Below are positions 25,124 through 36,691 of a DNA stretch of 64,000 nucleotides, piece by piece. Under the pieces are notes generated by a model. That model was not told the origin of the DNA, ran no database searches, and was given only the letters and a program-made list of their open reading frames with translations. Origin of the DNA: Vezdaea acicularis (taxonomy: Eukaryota); contig JAPEUI010000015.1 in assembly GCA_026025075.1 (NCBI GenBank), positions 62,001-126,000 on the forward strand, given 5' to 3'. Numbering within the stretch: position 1 is the stretch's first letter; the number at the start of each line of letters is the position of its first letter. Made by a program: the position numbers and the translations under genes.

Positions 25124-25685
25124 TCAGGTGACGGCACGTGATCTGTTCGATTTTGCGTTGCGCTTCATTATATGGGAGAATCCTGGAACTGCCTCTCATC
25201 ACATAAGGGATCTTCTGCAACGACTTAGAGGTGGAGGCGTCAGGTGAGAGCACATGAGGTTGCGGTTTTTGCGTTGCGCTTCATTATATGGGAGAATCCT
25301 GGAACTGCCTCTCATCACATAAGGGATCTTCTGCAACGACTTAGAGGTGAAGGTATCAGGTGAGGGCACGTGAGGTTGCGGTTTCTGCGTCGCGCTTCAT
25401 TATATGGGAGAATCCTGGATCCGACTCCCATTGCGTGAACGACCATCAGATCTATGCGGTTCCCGTAATGATCAGTAGGCTCTTTAGGGTAAGCACCCCC
25501 ATTATTCAGGAAACGGAGTGGTCAGGTGACGGCACGTGAGGAGTACGTTTTTGCGTTGCGTTTCATTATATGGGAGAATCTTGGAGCCGCCTCCCATTAA
25601 TTGAACGACCTTCAGATCTTTGAGGCTCCGCTATGATCAGTAGGCTTTTTGGGGTAGGCACCACGCTCGGATTTAGGAAATGGGA
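25124..25685. repeat. Non-coding tandem array of four units (A-A-B-B) sharing a ~64-bp core
   Basis: Core TCAGGTGAnnGCACRTGA...TTTYTGCGTYGCGYTTCATTATATGGGAGAATCYTGGA starts at 25124, 25240, 25356 and 25522 (periods 116, 116, 166). Units 1 and 2 share one tail; units 3 and 4 share another. Confidence 0.92.
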
Positions 25686-25745
25686 ATCTCAATGGTCCAA
25701 AATTATGTGGATGCACGTTCATGTCCTTAGAGAGTGAATCCTATG

Positions 25746-27707
25746 CTATGATCCACTTGAAGTATCGGAGTCGTCCTCTGTGGAGTCTGAAGAGTCTTCC
25801 GAGGAGCCTTCTCCACTGTTATCCTTACCACTGTCCTCACTACCATCCTCACTACTGTCTTCGCTGGTATCCCCAATAGTATCCTCGCCGTCCTCGTCAC
25901 TGTCATCCTCACCACCCCCTTGGCTGTTCTCAGCACTTCTCTCCTTCCCAACTCCGTCCGCACTCCGCTTCCCCTCCCACCTCCCATCCTTCCTCACCCC
26001 CCTATCCGCCTCCCTCCATCCGGCCCTCCTCCTTACAACCTCCAAAAACCCATCATTCGTTACGCCCCCAACCATACTCCCCTCATAAACCCCCGTCGTA
26101 GCCTTCCCCACAACCTCCGCAACCCCTGAAACCCGATCCTCACCGCCCGTACTCCCCACCGCCCTCTCTCCCTCAATCATGTGTCTAAACTCCATCTCCT
26201 CGCCAAAGAGCTGACTGCAACGCGCTGCGGCGCGCTGCACGAGCTCTCCATCCCAACCGACGATGGAGGCCGTGCCGAGCACGTCGCTCCAGTCCCGGAG
26301 ATTGAGCTGGGCTTGTTTCTTTTCTTTGAATGTAATATGTGCCTCGCGATTTGCGCGCCAGTAGGCGGATGTAGTGGATCTGGTAGCGCGGGTATCTTCT
26401 TCTCTCCTGCCTTCATCTGAGTCGTCCGGGGTAGTAGAGGCGGAAGGGCGGGAGTTGCTGGGCTGTCTCTGAGTAGAAGTGCTGTCCTGGGATTTCTCGA
26501 CTTTCCTATACTTTCTTGGCCTGGCTTTCGCCTTGGCTCCCACGTCGCGCCGTTGGTCTTCATGTGGCTCGTCATCGTCCCCTGAGCTACTTGTGGGCGA
26601 CGCGATTTTGATATGGATCTTCGGCGGCCTGCCCCTTGGTCGCTTCACGGTTGGGCCCTGTCGGGCCAGGCGCGCTTTCTTCTTGCGCTTCTCGAGCTTT
26701 TCTTTGTCGTGTGGGGTTAGGACTGAGTACGCTTCTCGTGCGATATGGAGGGCCCTCAGCAGAGCGTCTAGTTGCTTTAGCGCATGCCTAATAGGAGGAT
26801 GCAGGAGTTGGGCAGCTTTCTCGTCGTCAGCGAGGATCTCGGGATGGTAATCCTGTGGAGGAGCGTCCCCAGTAGGGGCATTCGTGAAAGCGTGCTCCAT
26901 GAAGTCCTGGTGTTGCAGACCGTCGTTCAAGGGGGAATCGCCCATCCTGGCTTCACTTCTGTTATCCTGGGCTGTAGTTGCTGGCAGTGATCCCTTCTCT
27001 CGCCCTAGGCCAGACTCCCAAAACGCTTCCTTAGCCCCCTTCAAGGCTATGCCCATAAGGACATCCTCTAGCCACTGACTCGGCCTCTCTCGCTGGACAG
27101 CTCCAGTCTCCTCACAATCGCTATCCTCCAACACGCCCGGATGCGGCGTCCACTGCTCGCCCTCCCTCGGCACAATTCCCGGCTTGAGCGGCCACGCCGT
27201 CCACGTCCTCCCAGCCACATACCCCTCATTTGCATTCTTGAGCTTGAGACCCCAACGGTGTCTCCCATGGTAGTGCCTCGCCCTTTCGATGATGCGCGGG
27301 TCATATAGGCGGCGTTTTAGGTGATACGCTGCGTAGAGATGGAGGGAGAGATCGCGGTTCCGTTCCTGGATCAGGGAGGAGATCTGGGCGCGTTCGGTGG
27401 CGGTCCAGGAGCGCCAGGTTGCGGGGGGTCCGTGGTATTTGTTTGGACGCTCGGGCTCAGAGAATTCAGTGCTCTCTGTGTCTACTTCTTCGTTGCTGGG
27501 CTGGTTCGAGCTGCGGTTGACGCTGGCTAGGCCTTGATTTGATAGTGCTGTCGACCTGCCTTTGGGTCTGCCCGAAGACCGCGAAAGTCCAGGGTGAGGG
27601 TCAGGTGTTGATGAATAGCCATCGTGCGTTGAAGGTGAAGGAGACGAACCATCCTGCGAGCGGCCTTCATCTAAGGGTGTTCTCGATATAAAACGGTCGT
27701 CGGTCAT
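25746..27707 (-). CDS. Rrn9-domain protein (Pol I upstream activation factor-like) with AT-hook and acidic tail
   Basis: RPNKYHGPPATWRSWT...RNRDLSLHLYAAYHLKRR...WTAWPL resembles the RRN9 domain; KRPRGRPPK AT-hook; LRDWSDVLGTAS block; D/S/E-rich C-terminus. Confidence 0.65.
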   Translation of the reverse strand: MTDDRFISRTPLDEGRSQDGSSPSPSTHDGYSSTPDPHPGLSRSSGRPKGRSTALSNQGLASVNRSSNQPSNEEVDTESTEFSEPERPNKYHGPPATWRSWTATERAQISSLIQERNRDLSLHLYAAYHLKRRLYDPRIIERARHYHGRHRWGLKLKNANEGYVAGRTWTAWPLKPGIVPREGEQWTPHPGVLEDSDCEETGAVQRERPSQWLEDVLMGIALKGAKEAFWESGLGREKGSLPATTAQDNRSEARMGDSPLNDGLQHQDFMEHAFTNAPTGDAPPQDYHPEILADDEKAAQLLHPPIRHALKQLDALLRALHIAREAYSVLTPHDKEKLEKRKKKARLARQGPTVKRPRGRPPKIHIKIASPTSSSGDDDEPHEDQRRDVGAKAKARPRKYRKVEKSQDSTSTQRQPSNSRPSASTTPDDSDEGRREEDTRATRSTTSAYWRANREAHITFKEKKQAQLNLRDWSDVLGTASIVGWDGELVQRAAARCSQLFGEEMEFRHMIEGERAVGSTGGEDRVSGVAEVVGKATTGVYEGSMVGGVTNDGFLEVVRRRAGWREADRGVRKDGRWEGKRSADGVGKERSAENSQGGGEDDSDEDGEDTIGDTSEDSSEDGSEDSGKDNSGEGSSEDSSDSTEDDSDTSSGS

Positions 27708-28235
27708 AATGCATCAACAAAACGTGAAATCGGTCGAGAAGACGAATCTTCTCGTGAGTATTTCAAAATTAGCAAACAACGGTTTTAAGATAGAGGCATC
27801 GCTAGGTTTCTCAAGGCAAGGCATATAAACGGTAATCTCATCATTGGGACGACGCGTTCAATTTGTGACCGCGTAGAGGGTAGAACGTCCCAGAAGCGCA
27901 GAAAGCAGGTCTAGCGCTCAGAGCCTAGTGATACGCGCTTTCATTTGCAAAACTCCAAAATACCAAATTTCTCGTTCTAGCGAACGTTCCGGTGGTTGAT
28001 TCAAGTACTCAAACAGTTCGATATTCTTGCTATCAGACGCTTCATCCAGATATACTGACCCGATCAGATCATAGAGGGTACATCAATCAACAACTTCCCC
28101 CAAAAAGAAAATGAGCAAGCTCTCCGCTGCCAGTGGGTGATGTATTGAAGAAAATCGCCCTGTTTGCGACTCCCGCTATGCACGCTCCAGAATGCAATGT
28201 ACATGTGTAAAGGGGTGCCCTACCCCAACACCAAC

Positions 28236-31200
28236 TTAAAACCAAAACAACCATCGTATTACGGAAATAACGCTTCCCAATATGCCTTGTATTGTGCGGA
28301 TGATCATTACAATCAGCCATACCGCCCACATAACGCCTAGAACAGCCCACTCCAATAGGACGTACCCTGCACGTCTAATCCAGCGGAGCTTTCTCCGTCG
28401 ACGTCGCATTATCGTATCCACACTAGTATTAAGTTGATTAATTGCTATTGTATGCGTAGTTGCTAACTCGGTGCTGAAGGCATCTGCATCATCTGCAGCA
28501 GCGCGCACAAGTGGCGTCAAGTTAGAGGAAACCCTTTCCTGAGCGGCGTTGATTTTTTTGTGAAGCTCACGCACGGTCGAGCCGCGAAATGCTTTTGCTG
28601 CTCCTTCAAATAATTGCATGCTTAGCTCCATATCTTTCAGAATGATACGGGCCACGAAAAGATGTGATTGAACTCGAGGGAGAGGTTGAAGTGGTGATGT
28701 AAGCTTGTTTTTGAGATGAAGATCCGGTAGAGGTGCGACTTCTCGAGATTTACGGCATATCTCCTGTGCTTTGATTCCAGAGGATGCCAGAAGAGCTCGG
28801 ACTCTGGCAATATCACGTCTCGTTGTAGGCCCACGGACAGGAGAGAGACCACGATCGGTAATGCTCCAGTGTCGCTCCTTACCCGACATAAAGGAAGATC
28901 GTCGTTCGTTAGTGACAGACAAGGCGGCAAGACTAGTGACGGGTGGGCCTGTGCGATTGAATGTCCCAGGGAGACCAAGCGCAGCATTGAGTTTCGAATC
29001 GGCTTCACGCACGCCTCTGTGCTTGTCGACCGAAAACTTCTTCTGACTGGGTTCAAATTCACCTTGATCTCGAGGCGTTTTCTGAGGGAGATTGGTGGGC
29101 GACGTAATACTGTCCATATCGATCTTTGGCGGAGCTATATCACCAAATCGAGGAGATTTGCGGTTTTCCTTGTTAAACAACTGTTGTCTTGTGATGTGAT
29201 CAATCTTTGGGGACTCTTTGCCTGAATCATGCTTGCTTGTTGACTTAAAGGACGGAAGGTTGGAAAGATGATACGTAAAACGGGGATTTGCGACCTTCTC
29301 ATCTGTATTGCTAGTTGTCGTGACCCGGCTGAGATCACTGCTGGGTTCTTGGCCAACAGTGTCGTCGTCTACTATATCTCCATCCGTATCGCGCATAGCG
29401 GGTAAGATAGGGCGGAGGGGTCCCTCTGTAATTCCCGCCCTTCTCCATATCATATCACCAACTTTAGAAACCTCACTCCTCAGCATCTCTTCGATACGAC
29501 CTGCGCGGAACATTCCTCGAAATCGAGAAGAGTCTGATTCCACTGAAGTTGGCTCTCGTTCAGGCTTAGCACGCCGAGCTCGAGCTGACCCATCGAGTTT
29601 ATTAGTGTCGCTATTGACTTTGATGGTCTCTACCTTCGAGCCTGAACTCATATAATTCTCCATATCCAGGTCCGCCGTTTGATATCTTGATAAGTCTGTG
29701 CTCCGTCTACTTTCACTATCTTCGCCCTCGGCCATTGCAAAATCATTCTCACTTACGTTATCACCTTCGGAACCCTTTTCTCCTTTGCTTAATGGTATTT
29801 GACTTGTAGGCCGAAGAGAGGTGATCTTTCGCATCGGAGAAACATCACGACTAGATGGCACTGAGTTGTTCAATTTAACGCTGGCAGCATTGCCCCTGGC
29901 TTGTGCAGGCAGATTCTTTGGCTGCGGTACTTCAGGCGAGTTTGTAACTGATAGGTCTGGTCCGTCCCCCAAAGTAATTGGCTTATGGCCCCTATCGGAT
30001 CCTATGCTACCTCTCTTGAGCGATGAAAATCTTTCTGCAATGCCCTTGACAGAGCTAGACCTTCGTCTTTGTCGTGGGCTTGACCAATCCGAATCTTCCT
30101 TTGAATCCTTAGTATTATTTTGCTTGAGGTCCAATGAAGTGCTTGGGTCGACGTTGGAGCTCATTACAGGTGGGTAGATGGTGGTTGCTGCGGTGTATCC
30201 AGTTTCTCTGGCCTCTTGTTCTAGCATCTCCATCATATGTTTCTCAAGAGCCCGGCTACCAATTTCGTCCTCGCTATTCTTACGAGCGTGGCCGTGTTTC
30301 TTTCCTGTAGCTGTATCGCTATTCAAAGAACTTGGGCTAGACGACGTAGATGACTGCCTCGAATGTCTTCTAAAATGACGATGTCTTGACGGATCGCTTG
30401 GAGAGTGCCCATGCAGGGTCGAACGTACTTTACCGCGCCGCCTTCCTCTGGCACTTGCTTCTTCCGATTCTGGAGGTTGGTTGATCGAGTCATTTGTCGT
30501 TCGAACGCTATCTATAGTTTTTTGCTTCGTGAGTGCCGTCTCCACTTTCATTGTTGAATAGTCCATTTCTCTTGGGCTTCTCTTGACCTCAGCCGGAAAT
30601 ATCTTTTGGCCCCTCTTGTTCTCGATAGCCGCCTTATTCTTCTCTTGTTCGAGCCAATAGGTATCTGCTAAAAGCTCAGCAGGCGATATTTTCCAATCCA
30701 TGCGAGATCGTTTGATGGTCCTCATTGCTGGATAAGCATCATGTGGGGTTGGGCTGTCAGATGCTGTGGAGTCTGAAGGCTCAAAAAAAGGTAGAGATAC
30801 AGAATCACTAGTATTGCTGGGAAATTCGTCTACTTCATTCTCGACTTGGTCTACCCAAGCCTTAACAGAACCAACTTCGCCCCATCCTTCTGCTTCAGCA
30901 TCAAAGAACCGTCTTTCTCGATTCCTCACCTTACGGTTCCGTATCGCTTGAAGCGGATTATAAGCCCTCCCAAGCGGCATCGATCCTATAGCGCTGGAGG
31001 CAGACGCAACTCGCGAGACTTCGTGGCTCGAATTCGGAGAGGAAGGTGGAGATGGTACAGATAACAGTGCTGCTGGCTTTGTAGGTGTTCTTGGATTTAT
31101 CGGAGGCACGTATTGGAGAAGTCGCCGGTACTCGGCAGCTAGTTCGATTGCAGCTTTTGCCTTCTCCGCTCTTGCTCTCGTAGCATCAGTAATAATAGGT

Positions 31201-32177
31201 CTATCTTCGCTATCTCCAGGAGAGTGAGGATAACTCGTTGAGGGAGGATGCTCGTTCTTGGATGGTGGCGATGACGCTTCTCCGCCGCGGCTCCTCCTTG
31301 AGCCAGGAGAACCTGCCCCCCTCGGCTGCCGCACGTTTTGCAAGTAATACTTCAGACTTCCCCTTCCGTTTTGAGATTCCTCGAACGGTTCCCCCAAAGG
31401 TGGTTGACTAGCAGATAATCCTGGAGAAGCAATGCGACCGTGTCCAACAGCATTAGCACCTTTTCGTCTGCTTTCACTAAGGTTGAGAGCGAGGTTGACA
31501 ATTTGCATGGGATCGGCTTTGATGGTATTGCTAAGACCCATACTGCCCTTCTCCACCTTTCTGTTGGCTCCGGCTGGGGGACTAGGTTGAAGTTGAATCC
31601 CATCTGATGCAGATTTTTGGTTGCTTGAGCTCGAAGCCTCACTATGTGAGGGATCCTGACCGCTTTTTGACGCAGTCGCCACGGTCGCAAGCGGTGAACC
31701 TCCTAATTTCCTTGACCCAACGGAGAAACGCCGTGAGCTCATCTGACTGTCATGCTCAGACCCGTATCCTGTAGATTTTGATTTCTGATGGCTTCTCGAC
31801 TCATAATTTGAAACATGCCTTGAGTGGGTGCGTTTATTCTTGTCGCTATTCCCACCAAAGGTGAAGGTTGGGTCGAGAAGAAATCCTCCAGAATTCCCTG
31901 GTCGATGTCTTCGAAAGCTATCGAGGCCATGACTTGCTCCTGCAGTATTATCAAGCCCGTTGGAGTGGCCACTTCTTGTATCGCCTAGAACGCCAAGATC
32001 GTTGTAACGGCCAAGACCAGTCTTGTTCGGTAGGCCCGAAGGTTGACTTGACTCGCCGTGTATAGCTGGAGCTGATATGGAAGGTGTGAAGGTCGAGTCA
32101 GCTATAGTGGAAGAATCACGGGAAGGCTGAGAGGACGTCGATGAGCGAGGAGTTGGGCCAGGAGAGGGCGCAGACAT
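28236..32177 (-). CDS. Large Ser-rich protein with C-terminal TM helix, Mtc4-like
   Basis: About 1313-aa intronless ORF; GRAYNPLQAIRNRKVR and WKISPAELLADTYWLEQ blocks resemble Mtc4; coiled coil plus hydrophobic C-terminus. Confidence 0.7.
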   Translation of the reverse strand: MSAPSPGPTPRSSTSSQPSRDSSTIADSTFTPSISAPAIHGESSQPSGLPNKTGLGRYNDLGVLGDTRSGHSNGLDNTAGASHGLDSFRRHRPGNSGGFLLDPTFTFGGNSDKNKRTHSRHVSNYESRSHQKSKSTGYGSEHDSQMSSRRFSVGSRKLGGSPLATVATASKSGQDPSHSEASSSSNQKSASDGIQLQPSPPAGANRKVEKGSMGLSNTIKADPMQIVNLALNLSESRRKGANAVGHGRIASPGLSASQPPLGEPFEESQNGRGSLKYYLQNVRQPRGAGSPGSRRSRGGEASSPPSKNEHPPSTSYPHSPGDSEDRPIITDATRARAEKAKAAIELAAEYRRLLQYVPPINPRTPTKPAALLSVPSPPSSPNSSHEVSRVASASSAIGSMPLGRAYNPLQAIRNRKVRNRERRFFDAEAEGWGEVGSVKAWVDQVENEVDEFPSNTSDSVSLPFFEPSDSTASDSPTPHDAYPAMRTIKRSRMDWKISPAELLADTYWLEQEKNKAAIENKRGQKIFPAEVKRSPREMDYSTMKVETALTKQKTIDSVRTTNDSINQPPESEEASARGRRRGKVRSTLHGHSPSDPSRHRHFRRHSRQSSTSSSPSSLNSDTATGKKHGHARKNSEDEIGSRALEKHMMEMLEQEARETGYTAATTIYPPVMSSNVDPSTSLDLKQNNTKDSKEDSDWSSPRQRRRSSSVKGIAERFSSLKRGSIGSDRGHKPITLGDGPDLSVTNSPEVPQPKNLPAQARGNAASVKLNNSVPSSRDVSPMRKITSLRPTSQIPLSKGEKGSEGDNVSENDFAMAEGEDSESRRSTDLSRYQTADLDMENYMSSGSKVETIKVNSDTNKLDGSARARRAKPEREPTSVESDSSRFRGMFRAGRIEEMLRSEVSKVGDMIWRRAGITEGPLRPILPAMRDTDGDIVDDDTVGQEPSSDLSRVTTTSNTDEKVANPRFTYHLSNLPSFKSTSKHDSGKESPKIDHITRQQLFNKENRKSPRFGDIAPPKIDMDSITSPTNLPQKTPRDQGEFEPSQKKFSVDKHRGVREADSKLNAALGLPGTFNRTGPPVTSLAALSVTNERRSSFMSGKERHWSITDRGLSPVRGPTTRRDIARVRALLASSGIKAQEICRKSREVAPLPDLHLKNKLTSPLQPLPRVQSHLFVARIILKDMELSMQLFEGAAKAFRGSTVRELHKKINAAQERVSSNLTPLVRAAADDADAFSTELATTHTIAINQLNTSVDTIMRRRRRKLRWIRRAGYVLLEWAVLGVMWAVWLIVMIIRTIQGILGSVISVIRWLFWF

Positions 32178-32625
32178 GATCAATTTATACGTCTAGAGAT
32201 CCGCACGAGCGCAGACTTGGGATTTTGTTATAGAGAGCCATGAGGAACCCAGTCGCCGAGCTGATTGTCAGCACGAGAACTGAGTGGTGAAGTGATAGAA
32301 AATGATTACGTTTGAAGAGGAAGGAACATCGGAGTAGTGGAGAGGCCAGTGCCTTCTCGTGAAGTACGCAAGGTGTCGGAGTGCGATTTGTCTTCGCTCG
32401 GCAACGTCGACATGTCACTCACCCATGTGACAGGGATACGTCGACCCCCCCTGCACTCCGCTCAAAGCATCTGCGCTCTACCGTACAGAAAAGGTCGGCC
32501 AACACCGCGCAGAGCCGCAGAACCACATCACGGTAACAAATTAGCTTGCTTGAGCTTTTTAGAGGCTACGACTCGACGCTATCCCAGTCATCAAGGGGTG
32601 TCCTTGTTGTTCAACGCAGCCCGTC

Positions 32626-34854
32626 ATGCTGCGGCTCTCACATAATGCTTCGAAGAGACTCAATTTGATGTCAAATGTTGCCCACGGTCGAGCTCAATGG
32701 GTCCAATACCGGCAAGCAAATGGCATCACAGCCGGTCAGGTACGCATTTTACCGGACCTTATTTCTAATCCGAAGCTAATTGATGGTGCTCGATTCCTTA
32801 GAGGCACTTTGCTGATGTCATCAAACCGGCTCCCAACACCAAGCCAAGTATATCCAATTCCAAGTCTGCCGTGATGCCCGGGTCAGCAAGTCCAGCCACC
32901 TCTGAACCGCCGCCCCCAGGAGCCGTCAATCCTCCCTCACCCAGCTCCGCAACGGCGAAATCTCCTACATCATCAAGTATAATTCCACCCGAGAGTATCC
33001 CTCGAACGCCGCCACCTCCACCATCGGCTTCCAAAACCTCAATTACACAACCCCCCGCGCCACCGAAACCTTCGCCTCAAGTCGAGACTGCCCCACCTCC
33101 ACCACCCGTGAAGCCAAAGAGGCGTACCTTTCGCAGGCTCCTTTACCTTACCTTGTTATTTGGTCTTACGTATGCAGGATCAGTATGGTATTCGCTAGTC
33201 AATGACAATTTCCATGACTTCTTTACCGAATATGTACCTTTTGGCGAGGCATCCGTCTTTTACTTTGAAGAGCGTGCTTTCCGTCGCCGTTTTCCTATCC
33301 TAGGCAGTCGATCGGGAAACCAGACACGGGACACCGGCAGTAAGGTAACGATCCCGAGCAAGAGCGGTGTTTCCTGGAATATAGCCGACGACAAGAAGGC
33401 CTCGGCGTCACAGTCTCTCGCAGGCAGTGGAAAGGATAAGCCCGATTCGGGTTTAGCAAAACAGATTCCTTCAGAGGCAACAACTAAAGAGAGTAGCAAA
33501 GCTGTCGAGCAAGCCAAAAATGACGCGCGGTCGCCTTCAGCGCTCCCAAAGGAGGATCCATTAAAACCCGAATCGAGTCGTGAGGTGAAAGCAGAAACAG
33601 CACCACCCGAAAAGACGGCGCCAACACCAGAGCCAGCGCCCAAAGAAAAAGCCACTGGAAAGTTACCACTGGTCACTAGGATTGATCCGCTCGGTATCAA
33701 AGATGCAGAGGAGCCCGTTGTGCAAGATCTTGTCAAGATTGTCAACGACATTATAACCGTCGTCAATGCTGATGGCTCGGCGAATAAATACAATTCTGCC
33801 CTCACGTCCGCCAAAGCTCAACTTGCTGCCATTGGGAGCCGTATTGTAGCCATGAAAGACAGCGAAAAGAAGGCCGCCGAAGAGAAAATCAAATCCAGCC
33901 ATGACGAATTTGATCAGGCTGCCCGCGAACTGATCCACCGCCTCGAAATTGAGATGCAAAGCCAAGAATCGCGATATCGGGATGAGTTTGAGAGCGAACG
34001 GGCCAAAATCGCCGCTTCGTACGAGGAGCGCCTGAAGACCGAAATCAACACGACCAAAGAGCTCTTCGAGCAGAAGCGCCATAACGAACTTCTCGAGCAA
34101 GCCATTTCTTTGAAGCGCAAGTTCATAGATGACATCAAGTCCCGCGTTGAAGAAGAGCGCAAAGGTCGCCTCGGCAAACTTTCCGATCTCTCTAGTAGCA
34201 TCTCTGAGCTAGAGAAGCTGACTGCCGAGTGGAACGGCGTTATCGATGCGAATGTCCAGACACAGCACCTAAACGTAGCCGTTGATGCAGTAAGAAGTAA
34301 TCTTGAGCATGCGGATCAGCCAAAACCGTTTGTAAGAGAACTCGCTGCGCTAAAAGAAATCGCGAATCATGACCCAGTCGTCAATGCCGCCATATCGAGC
34401 ATCGAACCGAAGGCCTACCAACAGGGCGTGTCAACCACAGCGCAGCTAATCGACCGCTTCAGGCGTGTAGCGAGTGAGGTAAGGAAGGCGAGCCTGCTGC
34501 CTGAGGACGCGGGAGTAGCTAGCCATGCGGCGAGCGTTGTGCTGAGTAACTTCATGTTCAAGAAGAGAGGGCTTGCGGATGGGGATGATGTCGAGAGCGT
34601 TCTAACAAGGACAGAGACCCTGCTCGAAGAGGGGGATCTTGATGGCGCTGCAAGGGAGATGAACGGCTTGCAGGGGTGGGCAAAGACGCTGAGCAAGGAC
34701 TGGTTAGGGGAGGTGAGGAGGGTATTAGAGGTGCAACAGGCTCTGGACGTAAGTGCTCTCCTTTGTCTAATGCGAGACATTTCCTAGGAGGCTAATTTCA
34801 ATATAGGTCATAGCAACAGAAGCGCGGCTGCAAAGCTTGAGGATTGTCGACTGA
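32626..34854 (+). CDS. MIC60: MICOS subunit Mic60 (mitofilin)
   Basis: Presequence-like exon 1, TM segment followed by DNFHDFFTEYVPFGE, coiled coil, and mitofilin domain (GDLDGAAREMNGLQGWAKTLSKDWL); introns at 32740-32801 and 34749-34806. Confidence 0.93.
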
Positions 34855-35186
34855 TTAGCCATTGTACTAGATCTCCTCTGTCTCGACTAGAGCAGGAATG
34901 CATCATATTATTTCGAATAAAAATCTGTATATTAGTTGCCATGGACTTGAGTCTAATGGTAGATAACAATTGAAATACATCCTTGTATTACAAAGTGTGC
35001 ACTTAGAAAGGCCATGAAGTGAGTGTGCCGACCGTCAACGGCTGCTCAACCTCAGTCTGCTAGATGGTCTCGGATGGGGGGGAAGACTTGAATAGACTCC
35101 TGCCAACATGTTACGCTTCAATCTGATAAAGCAAATGATAAAGCAGACCAGTTCTCCCCACGCGTACTAAAATCCAAATGATGTGC

Positions 35187-36091
35187 TCAACAATTGCATG
35201 CTCCGCCGGCCTGTGTACCAGGGGTCTCTGGTCGAAGATCAACTCCCGGACGTGGTCCGCTGCGCATACCCCTTGGCCCAGCCTGGTCGAGAGGGAGTTT
35301 CCTTGCAATCGCCGTAAACATTTCTGGGACGTTTTCGGCAGTCTTTGCCGATGTCTCAAAAAATAGTAATCCCGCCTCCTTTGCGTATGCCTCTGCATCC
35401 GCTGTTTGTATTACGCGCTTGTCCGGGCTGTCGGTCACGAGATCTAGCTTGTTGCCTGCGAGCGCAATAATGATATTCTCATTTGCTTGCCTTTGAAGTT
35501 CTTTGACCCAGGCTTTTGCCTTGTCGAGAGACGACTAGAGGCAGTAATGTAAGTAGCCGGACGATGCAGGAATATATGGCTGACTTACAGCTTGTGTGAT
35601 GTCATATACCACGACGGCGCAATTTGCATTCCGGTAGTACATGGGTGCTAGCGACTTATAACGTTCTTGGCCTGCAGTATCCCATATCTCGAACTTGACG
35701 GTTGTATTCTCGTCCAAGGCAATTGTCTGGGTCAGGAAGGCGGCACCAATTGTCGATTCCCTGTAATCATCGAATTGATCCTAAGGATGCGCCATCAGCT
35801 AAGGTCCGGAACGATATCTCAAGATTCATAAGGCCAAGAACTTATACTTACTTTAACAAAACGAAGTACCAGCGAGCTCTGGCAACATGAGGTTAGCATA
35901 TCCTCCCTGTCCAGCGACAAATAAGTCTTTTTACCTTGCCAACCGCCGACTCTCCTACGCCAAGATGTTAGTATTTTATCTTACAAAAACTAAATTTATG
36001 TAGATCTATTATACACACCCAAAAGAACTAGCTTAAACTGAGCAAAGCGGGAGCCGCCGGGCCGCTGAGACGTTGACGTCCGTCCGGACAT
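35187..36091 (-). CDS. Rab5-family GTPase (Ypt52/RabB-like)
   Basis: [63 protein letters not shown] and C-terminal CNC. Includes 20-nt (35935-35954) and 27-nt (35852-35878) internal exons. Confidence 0.93.
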
Positions 36092-36691
36092 GGTGGATTC
36101 TATGAGACGACAACCAAGGCGGTGCCTGGAAATCCGCACAAAAACCGATAAAAGGGATCAGGTATACCTGACTCAATATCAATACTGCTTGAACCTGGCG
36201 ATGATGAAAAGAATGTAGAGAGTCGGTGAGTGTGGGGCTGTCAATATATCGGTATCCTTTGCAGATGTGTAGCGGCAACACTCGATCGTTTGAAGGTCGA
36301 CGACTCAGCAAGCAAGCGATCCGACTGACGAAGTGCTCCGATAATTGTCGCCCCAGCCACCAGCCACATTTAAGCGAGTGACGCGCGGATCTAAGCTTTT
36401 TGGGACCACATCTCCGTTCTCCAAAGACCAACTGTGGAGAATGCGCCTCGTGTGCTTGACAAGCTAATACATCCTAGTTGGACTCAAACAGAGCGTACAA
36501 CACTCTTTAAACTTGCCGCGAAGGTTGTGACTTCCTTCCAATACCCCCTCGTGCGTTCGGGGGTTCGCCATTCTAGTTCACAACGCGGGTTCCCGCACTT
36601 CTATAAGCCACGTCTTGCTCCTGTCTGCAGAGTACTCTACACCTGGATAACCTATCAATCTCTTTTACTGGGTGGATGAAGGTCCGGTAAT

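Noticed and set aside
24936..25253. Overlapping ~103-aa ORFs on both strands
   Set aside because: They run into a repeat whose period is not a multiple of 3 and show no recognisable protein features.
25356..25620. Hammerhead-ribozyme-like CTGANG followed by a stem on the minus strand of array units 3 and 4
   Set aside because: The core reads CUGANGG rather than CUGANGA, GAAA is misplaced in unit 3 and absent in unit 4, and no stem I/III with a UH cleavage site is evident.
25124..25685. CRISPR-like repeat-spacer interpretation of the array
   Set aside because: Eukaryotic context, no cas genes, the repeat is too long, and the inter-core segments are duplicated pairs rather than unique spacers.
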